64,000 nucleotides of DNA from positions 31,033-95,032 of the forward strand of contig VRVR01000045.1 in assembly GCA_009859145.1 (NCBI GenBank). The letters run 5' to 3'. The notes under the pieces are model-generated. The model did not search any database and was not told the DNA's origin. It saw only the letters and a list, made by a program, of their open reading frames with translations. Numbering within the stretch: position 1 is the stretch's first letter; each line of letters starts with the position of its first letter. A program made the position numbers and the translations under genes. This DNA is from Andalucia godoyi And28 (Eukaryota > Protista > Jakobida). Of the stretch, positions 20,101-30,240 are shown in pieces.

Positions 20101-22412
20101 GATGCCGCTGCCGCCGAGTTTGTTCTTCCATGCACCCCGCTTTGCGGCTTTGATAGAGCAGCGGGGGCCAGCTTCTCGACGATCTCGTGTGGAAACTCTG
20201 AAAAATGCGCGAATGCACGCTGCGTTTTCGCGAGCCTGCTCAGGCCATTGCGGACCGCAGCAATTTCGTTCCTGTGCTCGTTGGCCGCGAGCCTGGACTG
20301 CACGGCGACGCACAGTCCTGCCAAGGAATCAAACACCTGCTTGAAGGCAGATGACTGGTGTCGATTGCGATCTTCCACCTCCATCGTCATTTTCAACTGC
20401 ATCTGATGAGATGCCTTGGCCTTTTCGACGTCCAACTCAAGATCTCGAATCTTTTGTCGAAGCGCTTCGTTGACTGGGTCGACTTGATTGTACATCATTT
20501 CTTCATCCGAATCGGAAAAGTCGACATCTGCCAGGGATTCTTCTCCAGATGGTCGCGGCTTGCGCGTGGCGGAGCGAGCATGAGGAATCTCGTCTGCGTC
20601 GTTCTCTTCATCCCCTTCGTCCTGGTCAACGCTCCCAGCCTTTTCAACCTTCCACGCTTTGTTCCCTTTGGCATCCTTGTGATCCTTGGCGTCCCTGTCG
20701 TCCTTGGCATCCTTGTCGCCCTTCACAGAACTCGATTCGGATGAAGGGACGGCTTCTTCCAGCGAGTCGTCTTGTGGCGCATGGGCGTCTTCGCCCGAAC
20801 TGACAGCATCCTCAATGACGACAGTTCCAGCCGAACCAGATGACGTTCGTCTGGAATGCTGTCGCCGTTTGGAAGACCCGTCTGCCTTCTCGGAGTCCTC
20901 GCCAACGGACTCTGTTTCAGTCTCTGAAAACGTCGTTGTGTGTCGGTGCGTCGAAATCTGCGAGCCGTCCTCTTGCTTCATGTTCGCCATGGAGGGCTGC
21001 GACTGCAACGAGTAGCGACTGACTTGCCTGAGCAGCTGCCCAAACTTGTCCTTCATCTTGTTCAGGCGCTGGATGGACGGCGACTGAGAGTGCGGGACAT
21101 ACGACCCTCCCATAGCCCTATCGAGGGCAGAGCCCTGGCTGTCCAAGGCCTTCAGAATCCGGTTCATCTTGTCCTCTTCTTCCTTGAGCCGCCGCATCTC
21201 CTGCTGCTTTTCCGAAATCATGTTTGCAATCTGACCAGGCTCCACATCGGCCCAACGCATCATCAGTCTGCGCTTCTCTGCACCCTCATCGTCCGAATCA
21301 TTACCGTCTGCAAGCATCGGCAGCGCAACCTTTCGATTCGTCTCAATCTCCCATGCCCGAAGCGACTTTCCTGCTCGCTTCACATTCTGCTGTGCATCTG
21401 TCCAGACATTCAAAATCTCGCGCTGACGCTGTCTATACTGATTAAGCGTTTCGCGGTCCTCCAACGTGCGTGCAATGAATGCTTTCGCAGAACCTTTTCG
21501 TGAAAACCCTGCCAGCCCTTTGCCCCCCGACCGTGGTCTTGCTGGCATATCCGGGGCATACAGCGGGTCCAGCTTCAACTTTGCTCGTGCGGGCTGCGAG
21601 GATGATATCGGTCGGTTCGCCATCTGCAGTGTTGCTGCATCTGCCGCGGACTCGGGACGCCGAATCGGAATTGGGTTCAACCCATCCGGAACGCCCACGT
21701 CGGTGGAGAAGCCACCAATGTTCAAGTACTGTCTGAGAACATCCAGTTCTTCTTCGACTTTTTGCTTTTCCAAATTCACGGTGCGCAGCTTGTACCGCAT
21801 CTCCGACGTGGACTCGTGAAACGAACGCTTGACTTGCTCTGCAGATGCCACGGAAACTCGCAATTCCTCCAGAAACCCCAGCATCTCGGGACTTTTCGAG
21901 CGGTGTGCAAAATCCGCTGCAGCCGTCGAAGGCCGAGGGAACACATCCACGATCGAACTCAACGGTACGTCGACGACATCCGTGAACAACATCGACTTTT
22001 CAGATGCTGAGGCTGAGGCCGAGGTAAGCTCGTCTGGCTTGCTCAAGTGGCTCGCTGGCGATACTCCTCGACCACCCCGTCCACCATGCCCACCCCCTGA
22101 GGCTGACGACGACGTGCCACGACTGCTCTTGGAAGTCGTGTGTGGCCGAACCATGTTGAGAGACAGGTCCGATTGTTCTCCGGCCGCTCTGCCTGGAGAC
22201 GGCGACCGCGGCCCCTTGATCCCAGCTCGAAAGCGCTGCGCAAACGAAAACGACGTGTCGCCAGCTTTCTTCGAGCCAGTCGGAGACGTGTCAGAAGGCT
22301 TCTTTTCATAATACCAGAAGTTCCCAGAACACTTCAGCTCTGTTTTTTCCGTGTCCGTCCTGTCTGAATTGCTGGAGTGTGTGTGCTGGTCATGATCCTC
22401 GCCGGTTCTCAT
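17169..22412 (-). CDS. Large (1747 aa) coiled-coil/low-complexity protein with a folded C-terminal domain, function unknown
   Basis: Uninterrupted 5.2-kb ORF, GCCATG start, Ser/acidic disordered tracts, several heptad-rich segments and a helical C-terminal block (FATRFGLRKIAEQNF...RVKTFVDFL). Confidence 0.85.
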   Translation of the reverse strand: MRTGEDHDQHTHSSNSDRTDTEKTELKCSGNFWYYEKKPSDTSPTGSKKAGDTSFSFAQRFRAGIKGPRSPSPGRAAGEQSDLSLNMVRPHTTSKSSRGTSSSASGGGHGGRGGRGVSPASHLSKPDELTSASASASEKSMLFTDVVDVPLSSIVDVFPRPSTAAADFAHRSKSPEMLGFLEELRVSVASAEQVKRSFHESTSEMRYKLRTVNLEKQKVEEELDVLRQYLNIGGFSTDVGVPDGLNPIPIRRPESAADAATLQMANRPISSSQPARAKLKLDPLYAPDMPARPRSGGKGLAGFSRKGSAKAFIARTLEDRETLNQYRQRQREILNVWTDAQQNVKRAGKSLRAWEIETNRKVALPMLADGNDSDDEGAEKRRLMMRWADVEPGQIANMISEKQQEMRRLKEEEDKMNRILKALDSQGSALDRAMGGSYVPHSQSPSIQRLNKMKDKFGQLLRQVSRYSLQSQPSMANMKQEDGSQISTHRHTTTFSETETESVGEDSEKADGSSKRRQHSRRTSSGSAGTVVIEDAVSSGEDAHAPQDDSLEEAVPSSESSSVKGDKDAKDDRDAKDHKDAKGNKAWKVEKAGSVDQDEGDEENDADEIPHARSATRKPRPSGEESLADVDFSDSDEEMMYNQVDPVNEALRQKIRDLELDVEKAKASHQMQLKMTMEVEDRNRHQSSAFKQVFDSLAGLCVAVQSRLAANEHRNEIAAVRNGLSRLAKTQRAFAHFSEFPHEIVEKLAPAALSKPQSGVHGRTNSAAAASASSSGNMTDPVASIAGLAQELPDMFDGIFAFFEKVSSSGRDRSEELQKEVDSFKEEAAVLRSEVHFEKERNARLFDQVQSLNAELEAHIDDSAQIARVQAPKETRSVGLQVRTLTEDSIRRKHAGEQQQQQQQQLLSSIAAADGSKRDVSPHSASGGGGSGSRSVYRTGSILEEVEDELPDDDFQVDHEYRPPSQQSSRRHSPDATEHKAESGKKTKKKSKSGDAPSSSSGAATSSSLAAAKFTKTKRGKAATKTGPSSTVRDALAAPPEVVEPEGSSSVSKRKDTSPSSKKQGTKDQDGPSNVRAAKASDKRDGRARSGSTLSSQRSPAVLDREPLGMFESGMSASTPTTTSAVAPGSAPTTALASTKSARDQSMTLQVPGSSNGLTGSPDSSRSARSDVEHVNRSGRSPSTTRSPEVQQWNMPSNSTAGAPATGSSSSGSAITPILSRIKPVLGGANRDPSRGGLNTQRTQDSGEGTNRSRPSIKFSEYVGRITYPRHSMTSSIESDLQKALEGEQGRADDHSDSDAESDAGSDRASSVATLPELQQLDMYEDMDEDDRISRAQTYPTHFDWESGIKKPEKRYRSFFSRVHSIIALLSLRKRTVARGVKPLTPPTPHPASLAQADSVSQLSAKQSEQSLQSELDLKEDKKATDIVLSLSSLVVGRLLEVMRERRAEATLSLQLEKLKNSKSGQGRLRALPWVLKNLANVYSTIISSNLSDIRMSDAAFEIFATRFGLRKIAEQNFLDFSVSTESMKHQSLRVKTFVDFLLEKHDSLALKCYLLVLNKLNSVGLGFLQPSVQSHSQLVLLRSRAFEVLSSVVSQWDSSPSETEVVTFLDALPPVDTSKNRMRGRAAMQDMREPVFDFDTFLSGVVAFYEARELALASRKVYVESGDLKSALRDVFESACVGEADSLMSIDAFRRACMILFGSVPLGSDAEFLTVLNARKLRKFAFSDFLSTLPSVVLLASAAPVI

Positions 22413-22414
22413 GG

Positions 22415-22415
<1 letters not shown>

Positions 22416-22447
<32 letters not shown>

Positions 22448-22468
22448 CTACCTACCTACCTACCTATC
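22416..22468. repeat. Compound microsatellite (CT)n followed by (CTAC)n
   Basis: ctctctct...ctctacctacctacctacctacctatct, immediately 5' of the 22412 ATG on the minus strand. Confidence 0.9.
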
Positions 22469-23116
22469 TTGCGCTCGGACACCTGCTGCTTGATAGAAGG
22501 GTCCCAAAAAAGTTAGATTCCAATGCGGACACTGTGCATGCAGTCTCGAAAAGTCCAAAAAGGGGGAGCTCTCTGCGTATTGCAAAAATAATAGAGTTAC
22601 TTACTGATTCACACAATCCGGACGGCGATGGCAAAAAAACCCTCAATTAAAAAAACACCGGAAATCCGTTAGGTTCATAAAGGTTTTGTTTCTCATTACA
22701 CCGGCAACCATGAAGAGGCTCCGTCGTTTTTGATGATGCTGCTCTTGTCAACCACTTTTCTCTGCTCGTGCAGGCACGTCATGTGCGGTCGTCCTGTCGG
22801 GAAAGACGTATGAGCAGACCAAGACACAAGCTTTCTGTGGTGTTGTTTTATTCATCGCGCCTACATTGTACACCAACCACGGATAAGCATCGCTGATCAC
22901 CCATAACCAATGTTGCAACCCAACAACATGCATAATGCAACGCGGCGGCGTGTTTACAGGGCTTTCATGATCAAAATGGGGTGAAACGAATCGGGCATCG
23001 TGTGACGGAGTTGTCAAGATAGCAAACGCATGCGCATGGCGCGTGGCAGCGGTGTATCATCAGGTTCCTCCTACAAGGCAGGCGGGGGCGAGGCTGCCTG
23101 TTGCGAGACTGTGCGT

Positions 23117-26100
23117 CTATGACCGGACGTTGGAAATGCGCTGCACGGAGGACTGGCCGTTGACGTTGTTTGTGCGGAATAGCACATTGGCATTGTTGAA
23201 CATGCCTTCCTTGAGAGAGACGATGACAAACTGCGCTTCCTTGAAATATGTCTTCAGCATTTGGCCGATGTTTTGCGTGTGGGACAAATCGAGGGCGGCA
23301 TCAACCTCATCGAGAATGTAGACGGGTGCTGGCTTGTATCGCAGCATGGCAAGGATGAGAGAGAGCGCAACGAGAGAGCGCTGGCCGCCAGAAAGCTCCG
23401 TGAGCGACTCCTTCCACGTTCCGCCCAGCGCAACGCGAATCTGCAAGCCTTCCGCAAGATCGTCTTCAGAAGCACGGTCCAACTTGGCCGTCATGCCTGG
23501 CAGCAGCGTATTCAAGATGGAGCCAAAATCCTTGTTGACCTTCGTCCACGTATCCTCGAGAGCCTCCCGTTTCTTCACATCCAAAGTGACCATGACCTGT
23601 TCGATCTTCTCTCGGTCACGAACAACCTTCTCGCGCTTCTCCAAGAGTTCCTGATAGTCCTTTTCGGTGGAATCCAGCATGTGGATAACCTTCTTGTTGA
23701 CCGAGCGACCTAGTCGCTCGCATCTGTCTTCCAAATCCTTAATGCGACCACGCAAAGCTTCGAGGTTCATATCCTCGACAGAGAGCGACCGAGCATCCGC
23801 CTCGATCCCAGAATTCTTCCGCAGTCTCGCATCTCGCTCGCGGACAGCTCCAGACGTGTCCTTCGTGATGCGAGATCGCTCGTGCTCGGCCTTTCGCACA
23901 AACAGGCTGGACTCGTTCACACTTGTTGTCAATGACTCAATCTCGCGCTCCAGCTCCGAGATCGCCGACGACGACGCAGATACTTCAGAACGCTTCGCGT
24001 CTTCCTGCTTCTTGCACTCAAATACTTTTGAGCGCAGTTCCTGAAGCTCGGTTTGCTTTGCTGCCAGTCTCGGTCGCAAACCATCCACCGAGTCGCGAAG
24101 CTCTGACCCCGAAGCAGTCGACCGCTCTATTTCCTTGTGCAGCTGCGCCAGTTCCGCATGGACCGTTGCCAATTGCTGTGCACACTCGCTCTTCTTCTTC
24201 TTGTACGACGTCAAGTCACTGTTTGCCTGGGAAAGTGCTTTCTTAAGAGAATCTCCACTCTGCTTGGAGGCCGACGTCATCGAATCGAGCAGCGCTTGCT
24301 TCTCTTTTAAATCGGCCTCGAGGATCGCCATTTGACGCTGGAGTTGAACTGCCTCCGTTTCTGCAGATTCAATGTCCGACTTCAAACGATGGTACGCATG
24401 CGAGGCGATTGCTCTCTCCAGAGAGTCGGCTTCTGCCTTCAGCGACGATACCTTGCCTGCCTTCTCTTGCATTCGAATGATCTTGTCCTTGTTGTCCGAG
24501 ACCACGGCAAGCTCCTTCCGGAGGACGTCGATCTCTTGTTGCAAAGAGTCTCGTTCGAAGACAAGATCCACCAGAGAAGCGTCACGAGAGCCCTTTGAAG
24601 AGCCATCGGAGCCTCCCGTCAGCGTACCGGATGGATCGAAAATGTCTCCGTCCAGCGTAACCGTGCGAACTTGCACCTGCGGATCGAACGCCACTGCGCG
24701 CGCCATGTCCAAGTTCTGGCAAACAAATGTTCTTCCAAAAACGTACTGCATTGCCTTTTCGACAGACGGTTCAAACGTTACAAGCGACACAGCAGTCAGC
24801 GCCCGATTGTTCGACACGCGGGAAGCACCATTTTGCTGTTGCTGCGACAGCGGGGAGGCAGAAATGGTGTCGAGAGGCAGAATTGTCACTCGTCGCTTGA
24901 GGCTCCCCGAGGCAAGGAGGGACTTTCCCGTTTCGGCCGAATCAACAACTACTTGGTACAGACGACCACCAGCCACAACTTCCAGCGCCTTGGAATACTG
25001 CGGATCCCGAACATGCATCAAGGAACCGACAGTGCCGTGGACCACAGACGAGGCAGAAATCTTCCGGGAGTCGTACTCGAAATTGAGAACCTGCAGAGCA
25101 GTGTGCACCTGCGATGCTCGAGACTCCTTTTCAAACAACTTGCTTCGGAGCGCCTTTTCCTTGCCGACCAGCTGGTCCACAGCAGTGTTTTCCTTTCCTT
25201 GCGATGCGGATACGGAAAGATCAGCACCGTGCTGCGACAGTTCGCTCTGTACAGACTGTTTGCGAGTGACCAGCGACGCATGGTCCTTTTCCTGCCTGCC
25301 CAGCTCCTTCTGCTTCTTTCCACGGTCCGCTTCGACAGCGGACAATCGCGACTTTGCAGACGAAATCTGCGACTGCGTTTCTGTGATCTTCGCCTTGATG
25401 CTGGCCACTTCTTCGGCAACAATACTTGCATTCCCAGATGTCGCAGACTTGGTCAGATTGGCGACGCGCAGCTTGTACTCGTCAATCGCGTTTTCGAGAC
25501 GAGAATGCTCGGCCTCCAGCGTCAGCCTCTCTGCGGACATTTGCTCCAATCGAGTCCTGTCTGCTTTCACGGACGCTTCCAGATCTGCAAGCTGTTTCGC
25601 TTCGGCATCCAGCTGACTACGCACAGCAGCCACCTCTGTCTCTGCTGCAGATAGCAGCTTCGCCCACTTGGCAGTCTCCGTTTCCAGTTTCTTCAGCTCT
25701 TGCATGCCCTTTTGTTTGCTTCTGAGAAGATCGAGCTCCTTTTCCTTTGCAGCCAGCGTCCTCTTCCCTTGCTTCTCCATTTCTCCGCATCGTTTGCACT
25801 CTGATTCCAGCTGCGCCGACTCCCGCTCCAGTGCTTCTAGTTGCTGCAGCAGCAGTCCAAACTCCAGGGCCTCGAGCATGCGCTTCTGTCGATCCAGCTC
25901 GCCGTTTGCAACTTCCCATTGCTTGTACTCTTGGTTTTCGTCCCGCAGCTTCTGCAGCATGGGCGTGACCTTTTCGCCCAAGAGCTGCGAAATTTCCTCG
26001 AGCTTTTCGCTCTTCTTCTCGATCGTCTTTTGCGCCTGGATCTTCTTTGTTTCGTACATGCGTGTTCCCGCAGCCTCTTCAATCATTGCCAGAATCTCAG

Positions 26101-26575
26101 GGGGCTTCATATTCAAAACCTTGGTGATGCGGCCTTGCATGATCAGAAAGTGCGGGTTGTTCACGTTGAGCTGCACCGACAAGAACAGGTTCTGGACTCT
26201 ACTGAGCTGCGCATTGTGTCCATTGATGAGATACTTGTTGCGGCCTCCCAGCAAGATCTGACGCGTCACTGTGATCTGGTCGTTGGTCTCGTACCCTGGC
26301 GGAGAAGACTTTTTATCGCGATTGTTGAATACGAGCGTCACAGATGCCTTTGTGATGCCGGCCTGTCCCTGTTTGTACACCAGTTCTTGAAGCTGCTGCA
26401 CGCGCACTTGCTGCAAGTTTGAAATCCCAAGAACAAAGCATATCCCGTCCAGAATATTCGACTTTCCAGACCCGTTCAGACCCGTAATCGCGTTAAAATG
26501 AGGATCAAATCCTGAAATCACCGTCCGATTCGCATAGGACTTGAACCCATCCAGTATTATCTCTTCAATGTACAT
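23117..26575 (-). CDS. SMC2: Condensin subunit SMC2
   Basis: MYIEEIILDGFKSY, Walker A GLNGSGKSNILD, NPHFLIMQGRITKVLNMKP, hinge (VAGGRLYQVVV, RVTILPL, VTLDGDIFDPSGTLTGG), signature LSGGQRSLVALSL, Walker B LDEVDAALDLSHTQNIG. Confidence 0.98.
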   Translation of the reverse strand: MYIEEIILDGFKSYANRTVISGFDPHFNAITGLNGSGKSNILDGICFVLGISNLQQVRVQQLQELVYKQGQAGITKASVTLVFNNRDKKSSPPGYETNDQITVTRQILLGGRNKYLINGHNAQLSRVQNLFLSVQLNVNNPHFLIMQGRITKVLNMKPPEILAMIEEAAGTRMYETKKIQAQKTIEKKSEKLEEISQLLGEKVTPMLQKLRDENQEYKQWEVANGELDRQKRMLEALEFGLLLQQLEALERESAQLESECKRCGEMEKQGKRTLAAKEKELDLLRSKQKGMQELKKLETETAKWAKLLSAAETEVAAVRSQLDAEAKQLADLEASVKADRTRLEQMSAERLTLEAEHSRLENAIDEYKLRVANLTKSATSGNASIVAEEVASIKAKITETQSQISSAKSRLSAVEADRGKKQKELGRQEKDHASLVTRKQSVQSELSQHGADLSVSASQGKENTAVDQLVGKEKALRSKLFEKESRASQVHTALQVLNFEYDSRKISASSVVHGTVGSLMHVRDPQYSKALEVVAGGRLYQVVVDSAETGKSLLASGSLKRRVTILPLDTISASPLSQQQQNGASRVSNNRALTAVSLVTFEPSVEKAMQYVFGRTFVCQNLDMARAVAFDPQVQVRTVTLDGDIFDPSGTLTGGSDGSSKGSRDASLVDLVFERDSLQQEIDVLRKELAVVSDNKDKIIRMQEKAGKVSSLKAEADSLERAIASHAYHRLKSDIESAETEAVQLQRQMAILEADLKEKQALLDSMTSASKQSGDSLKKALSQANSDLTSYKKKKSECAQQLATVHAELAQLHKEIERSTASGSELRDSVDGLRPRLAAKQTELQELRSKVFECKKQEDAKRSEVSASSSAISELEREIESLTTSVNESSLFVRKAEHERSRITKDTSGAVRERDARLRKNSGIEADARSLSVEDMNLEALRGRIKDLEDRCERLGRSVNKKVIHMLDSTEKDYQELLEKREKVVRDREKIEQVMVTLDVKKREALEDTWTKVNKDFGSILNTLLPGMTAKLDRASEDDLAEGLQIRVALGGTWKESLTELSGGQRSLVALSLILAMLRYKPAPVYILDEVDAALDLSHTQNIGQMLKTYFKEAQFVIVSLKEGMFNNANVLFRTNNVNGQSSVQRISNVRS

Positions 26576-27061
26576 CCCTCTCTGTATGCCAATCAATCAA
26601 TTACAATATTTAAATTGATTCTCTATATAAATAATAAGAAGAAAGAAGAAGAAAGAATCGTTCCAACAAAAACGACTGGTGTTTAATTAAAAACAAGACA
26701 GCAGAGCCGAATTGAAATTCAGCGACCGGATTTTATGGCGGGAAAGCTGCTCAGACCGACGGAATAGAAGGGATAGGTTAACGACCTAGGGTTTTCCAAG
26801 TGCTATATTTTTATTTTTTTGTTTTGTGGCACCCAGGTGCGATGGGCAAAACCCTCCCTATCGGAGCAGCAGATCTTCTCTCTTTTCCCTCGTGTACAGC
26901 AGCGGGACTTCGTTCTACTCGCATATCGATGCGTATTCCGCATTGGCTTTTTGTTTTTGGTTGCTAATGCTTTTCTGTTTTGTTTTTCGTCTTGGCTTTT
27001 CATACATTATTATTATTATTATTAATATTATTATTAATGTTTTTTTGGAGGGAGAGGGGAA

Positions 27062-28342
27062 ATGTCAGAGGTTGAAGACGAGACAGTGGCGTCGGTGGTG
27101 CTGGCACTGGTGGTTGTTGGGGTTTTGTATGTGCTGGTGTCGCGGCGGCGACGAGAGACGCTTTCGAAACGAGCTCCGACGAAGATCCATGTTTCGTCGT
27201 GGATGGAGTTTCGAGTGGGGACGTGGATCATGGCGGTGCTGGAGAAGTTCAAATACACGTGTTCTCCGCCGTCCGTGCAGCTTATGGAATACGCTTGTGG
27301 GTACTGGAACTCGGCTGCAATGTATGCAGCGGCGAAACTCCGACTGGCGGATTTGGTGGAAGACCATTTTCCGTCGCCGGTCTCGACGTATGATTTGTCG
27401 CGGAAGCTGGCGGTTCACGAGGATGATCTGTACAGACTGATGCGCGCGCTTGCGACCAAGGGCGTGTTTGCGGAAACTCCAAACAGACACTTTGTGCAGA
27501 CTCCGCTCTCCGATATGCTCCGGACGAACCACCCGCTGTCGATGTGGGGCGCTGTCGTGAGTCTGCATGAAGAACAGCGCCATGCGTTTGCACGCTTGTT
27601 TGAGTCGGTGGACCAAAAGGTGGCTACCGCAGCTCCGAGTGTGCCGCGCAAGTCTGGGTTTGAAATCGAGTATGGAGAGCCATTCTACGACTATCTGGAC
27701 AAGCATTCGCACCAAAGCAAGCTGTTTGACGAGTTCATGAAGGGCGTCAGCAATGACTCAATGCCCGTCATTGCTCAGGACTTCCACTTCGAAAAGTATG
27801 GCACCATTGTGGATGTCGGCGGCGGCGACGGGACGCTGCTCAAGACCATTTACGAAATGAATCTTGCAAAACGGTGCAAGGGTTGCAAGAAACTGCGCTG
27901 CCAGTCCCACAACTGCATTCTCTTCGATCGGCCCGCCGTGGTTTCTCTGACGGAATTTCCGACGACGGTCGTGGTGAAGAAGGCCGCCGGAAGCTTTTTT
28001 GATGCCGATACCATCCCAGTGGGAGACTTGATCATTCTGAAGGAGGTTCTGCACAACTGGACAGACGAAAATTGCCTCAGGATCCTCTCGTCTGTGTCAC
28101 AGAGAATGTCCGGAACGAACGCTCGCATTCTTGTCATCGATGTTGTCTTGTCGGAACTAAAGGACTGCGATCACCTGCGAGCCCTAAAGACGTTCCTGGA
28201 CCTGCACATGCTCACCATGCTTCGAGGAATGGAGCGTACCAAGATCCAGTTTGCGGAGCTTGTTGCCAAGGTTGGTTTGGAAGTCGAGGCCATCATTCCT
28301 ATGCGAACCGTATACTCGGGCATCCTGCTGAAAAAAGCCTAA
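27062..28342 (+). CDS. Class II SAM-dependent O-methyltransferase (COMT/OMT family 2) with N-terminal membrane anchor
   Basis: TM segment VVLALVVVGVLYVLV; winged-helix dimerisation domain (AAKLRLADL...LYRLMRALATKGVF); SAM motifs VDVGGGDG, LFDRP, GSFF, LKEVLHNWTD; DLHML...GMERT. Confidence 0.92.
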   Translation: MSEVEDETVASVVLALVVVGVLYVLVSRRRRETLSKRAPTKIHVSSWMEFRVGTWIMAVLEKFKYTCSPPSVQLMEYACGYWNSAAMYAAAKLRLADLVEDHFPSPVSTYDLSRKLAVHEDDLYRLMRALATKGVFAETPNRHFVQTPLSDMLRTNHPLSMWGAVVSLHEEQRHAFARLFESVDQKVATAAPSVPRKSGFEIEYGEPFYDYLDKHSHQSKLFDEFMKGVSNDSMPVIAQDFHFEKYGTIVDVGGGDGTLLKTIYEMNLAKRCKGCKKLRCQSHNCILFDRPAVVSLTEFPTTVVVKKAAGSFFDADTIPVGDLIILKEVLHNWTDENCLRILSSVSQRMSGTNARILVIDVVLSELKDCDHLRALKTFLDLHMLTMLRGMERTKIQFAELVAKVGLEVEAIIPMRTVYSGILLKKA

Positions 28343-28661
28343 AAATTGTGATCGCTGTTGGATGTGGGATGTTGTTGGATTCCGTTTCCTCTTGTGAGCA
28401 GGTTTTTTTTTTAATTTTTTTTTTTTTATTAATTTTTTTTGGGCAATAGGTGGTTTTTCAATTAAAATGATATTGGGAATATTGCACACAATGAAGACAA
28501 ACACTGGCCGGCTGGGAACTGTCTATTTCAGGAAGCTGTTCGAGGTGCATTTTTTAATGAACAAGCAGAAAACGAAGAATAGACGGCAGCAGAGCATTTG
28601 GAGGGAGAAGAGAGGAAGGAAAAGGCTATCTCCCCTCCGTGCTCCCGGGCCGTTCGACCGC

Positions 28662-30102
28662 TTACCACTCTGCGTTGGGAGGCCGATTCTGCCGCATCCA
28701 GTTATTAAACATCTGGATCGGCTTGTCGGTGCGGACATACTTGTCCATTCGCCATCCATACTGTCGAGGTCTCTGTCGGGCAAGGACCACATTGTCTTCG
28801 TGGAAGAAGATATCGCGCTCCATGAGAACAAAGAGTTTCGACAGCAACGGTCCGAGCACCGGCATCCGCAAATGGTTCTGCGAATGGCGCAGAATCATGT
28901 ACGCATGGTCTTCGTCAACTGGCGAGATTGCGACATAGAAGAACCACTGCGGATCGTACTTGATGATCAGAAATCCTGGGAAGTACATGTGGGTTTCGAT
29001 GTACACCGAGGTTGGATCCCCGTCCTTCTCTTCGAATTTCCCGCTCATATGGAGTCCTCTGTCATTCGGGAGTGGCTCGCACTTGTACTCGCGGACGAGC
29101 CTGTTCCTGATTCCCGTCGCCGCCTTGTAAATCCAGTTTCCGTGCAGTACTCCAAAGTGCGCATGATCCAGCATTGTGTTCTCGACGAGGCGGTGATAGG
29201 TATGGGGATACTCGCGCCCTTCCGCAAACGTGTTCCACTTGTCTCCTCGCACAACGGGGAGATTGTGCTCTGCAGACGGCACGGGTGGGAACCCCTCTTC
29301 CCGGTCATCGCCGTACCACATCCAGATGTATCCAAACTCTGACCGGCACGAGCTTCAGCGCGTGTCCGCGGTGCGCCGTCGGCTCGGTACTCTCCGTAGG
29401 CTGCCTGACGCACTTTCCAGTCCTATCAAACGAGAACGAGTGGTACGGACACTGGATGCACGACTGGCCGTTCTCCTTGACAATCTTTCCTCCGAGCGTC
29501 AGCGACGCGCCACGGTGCGGACATCGATCGGAATGGCACACAACACCGCCATTGTCGTCTCTCCACATTGCAAAGTCGACTCCAAAGCGGCGCACATGCA
29601 TTGGTGCTTTCCTCCCGAGCTTCGTAGACTCGAGAACACCATACCATTGGTTGTACGGCCACCAGTTCTGCTTCACCGTCTCCTTGCGCATCTCCTGCTC
29701 CGTCGGCAAAATCAGCGGGGCATTCCCAATCGAGTAGCTCGAGAACGTAAGCAGCCTCTTTAGTCCCCGCCACAGCCTCCGGGCCATCCATTCCACACCC
29801 CGCAGCCCTGCATACACTCCCGCAATCTGCAGAACCAGAGGAAGCGCGGGCAACTGCACGTACGCGCACGCAGCACCAAGGCGGTCCTGCAGGCCGAGCG
29901 CCGGGATCAGATCACGCAACTCTGCCAAACTCAAGTGCGACCACCCCCACGATCCCCACGATCCCCACGATCCCCACGACCACGTCTCAAGAAGCTCCGG
30001 GCGGTACATCCAAATCCCTGCAAGCACCGCTAAAATCCCTGCAAGCGCCGTTCCACGCACTGTGGACCCGCCACTCCGACCTGTGCGGATTCCAATCGAC
30101 AT
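28662..30102 (-). CDS. Rieske non-heme iron oxygenase (VanA/PaO/KshA-like alpha subunit) with N-terminal membrane segments; reading frame broken at ~29337-29341
   Basis: ORF 29305-30102 carries DRCPHRGASL...QCPYH (Rieske 2Fe-2S). ORF 28662-29321 in the +1 frame carries FGYIWMWYG, ENTMLDHAHFGVLH (mononuclear Fe ligands) and HEDNVVL. The join is a frameshift or a possible 52-nt intron at 29339-29390. Confidence 0.85.
29940..29982. repeat. 9-bp coding tandem repeat (CCCCACGAT)n encoding WGS repeats
   Basis: ccccacgatccccacgatccccacgatccccacgac gives SWGSWGSWGSWG in the Rieske N-terminal region. Confidence 0.85.
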
Positions 30103-30180
30103 CAGTCCCCTCTTTGCTCCTCGCTATCTATCTCCCTGATGATGATGATGATACTCGATTATAAAATTGCTGAAAACGTC

Positions 30181-30240
30181 AAATAAGCAAATATCAAAAC
30201 ATTCAAAGCAAAACATTCAAAGCAAATATTCAAAGCAAAA
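30181..30240. repeat. Imperfect ~14-bp tandem repeat (AAACATTCAAAGCA) in the Rieske/LLM-fusion divergent intergenic region
   Basis: aaacattcaaagca aaacattcaaagca aatattcaaagca. Confidence 0.7.

Noticed and set aside
17806-20406. Long + strand ORFs (386, 418 and 247 aa)
   Set aside because: Antisense shadows of the 1747-aa minus-strand gene; Ser/Arg-rich with no motifs.
24372-25654. 414-aa and 327-aa + strand ORFs
   Set aside because: Antisense shadows of SMC2.
28467-29342. 291-aa + strand ORF
   Set aside because: Antisense to the Rieske catalytic half, which carries the conserved motifs.
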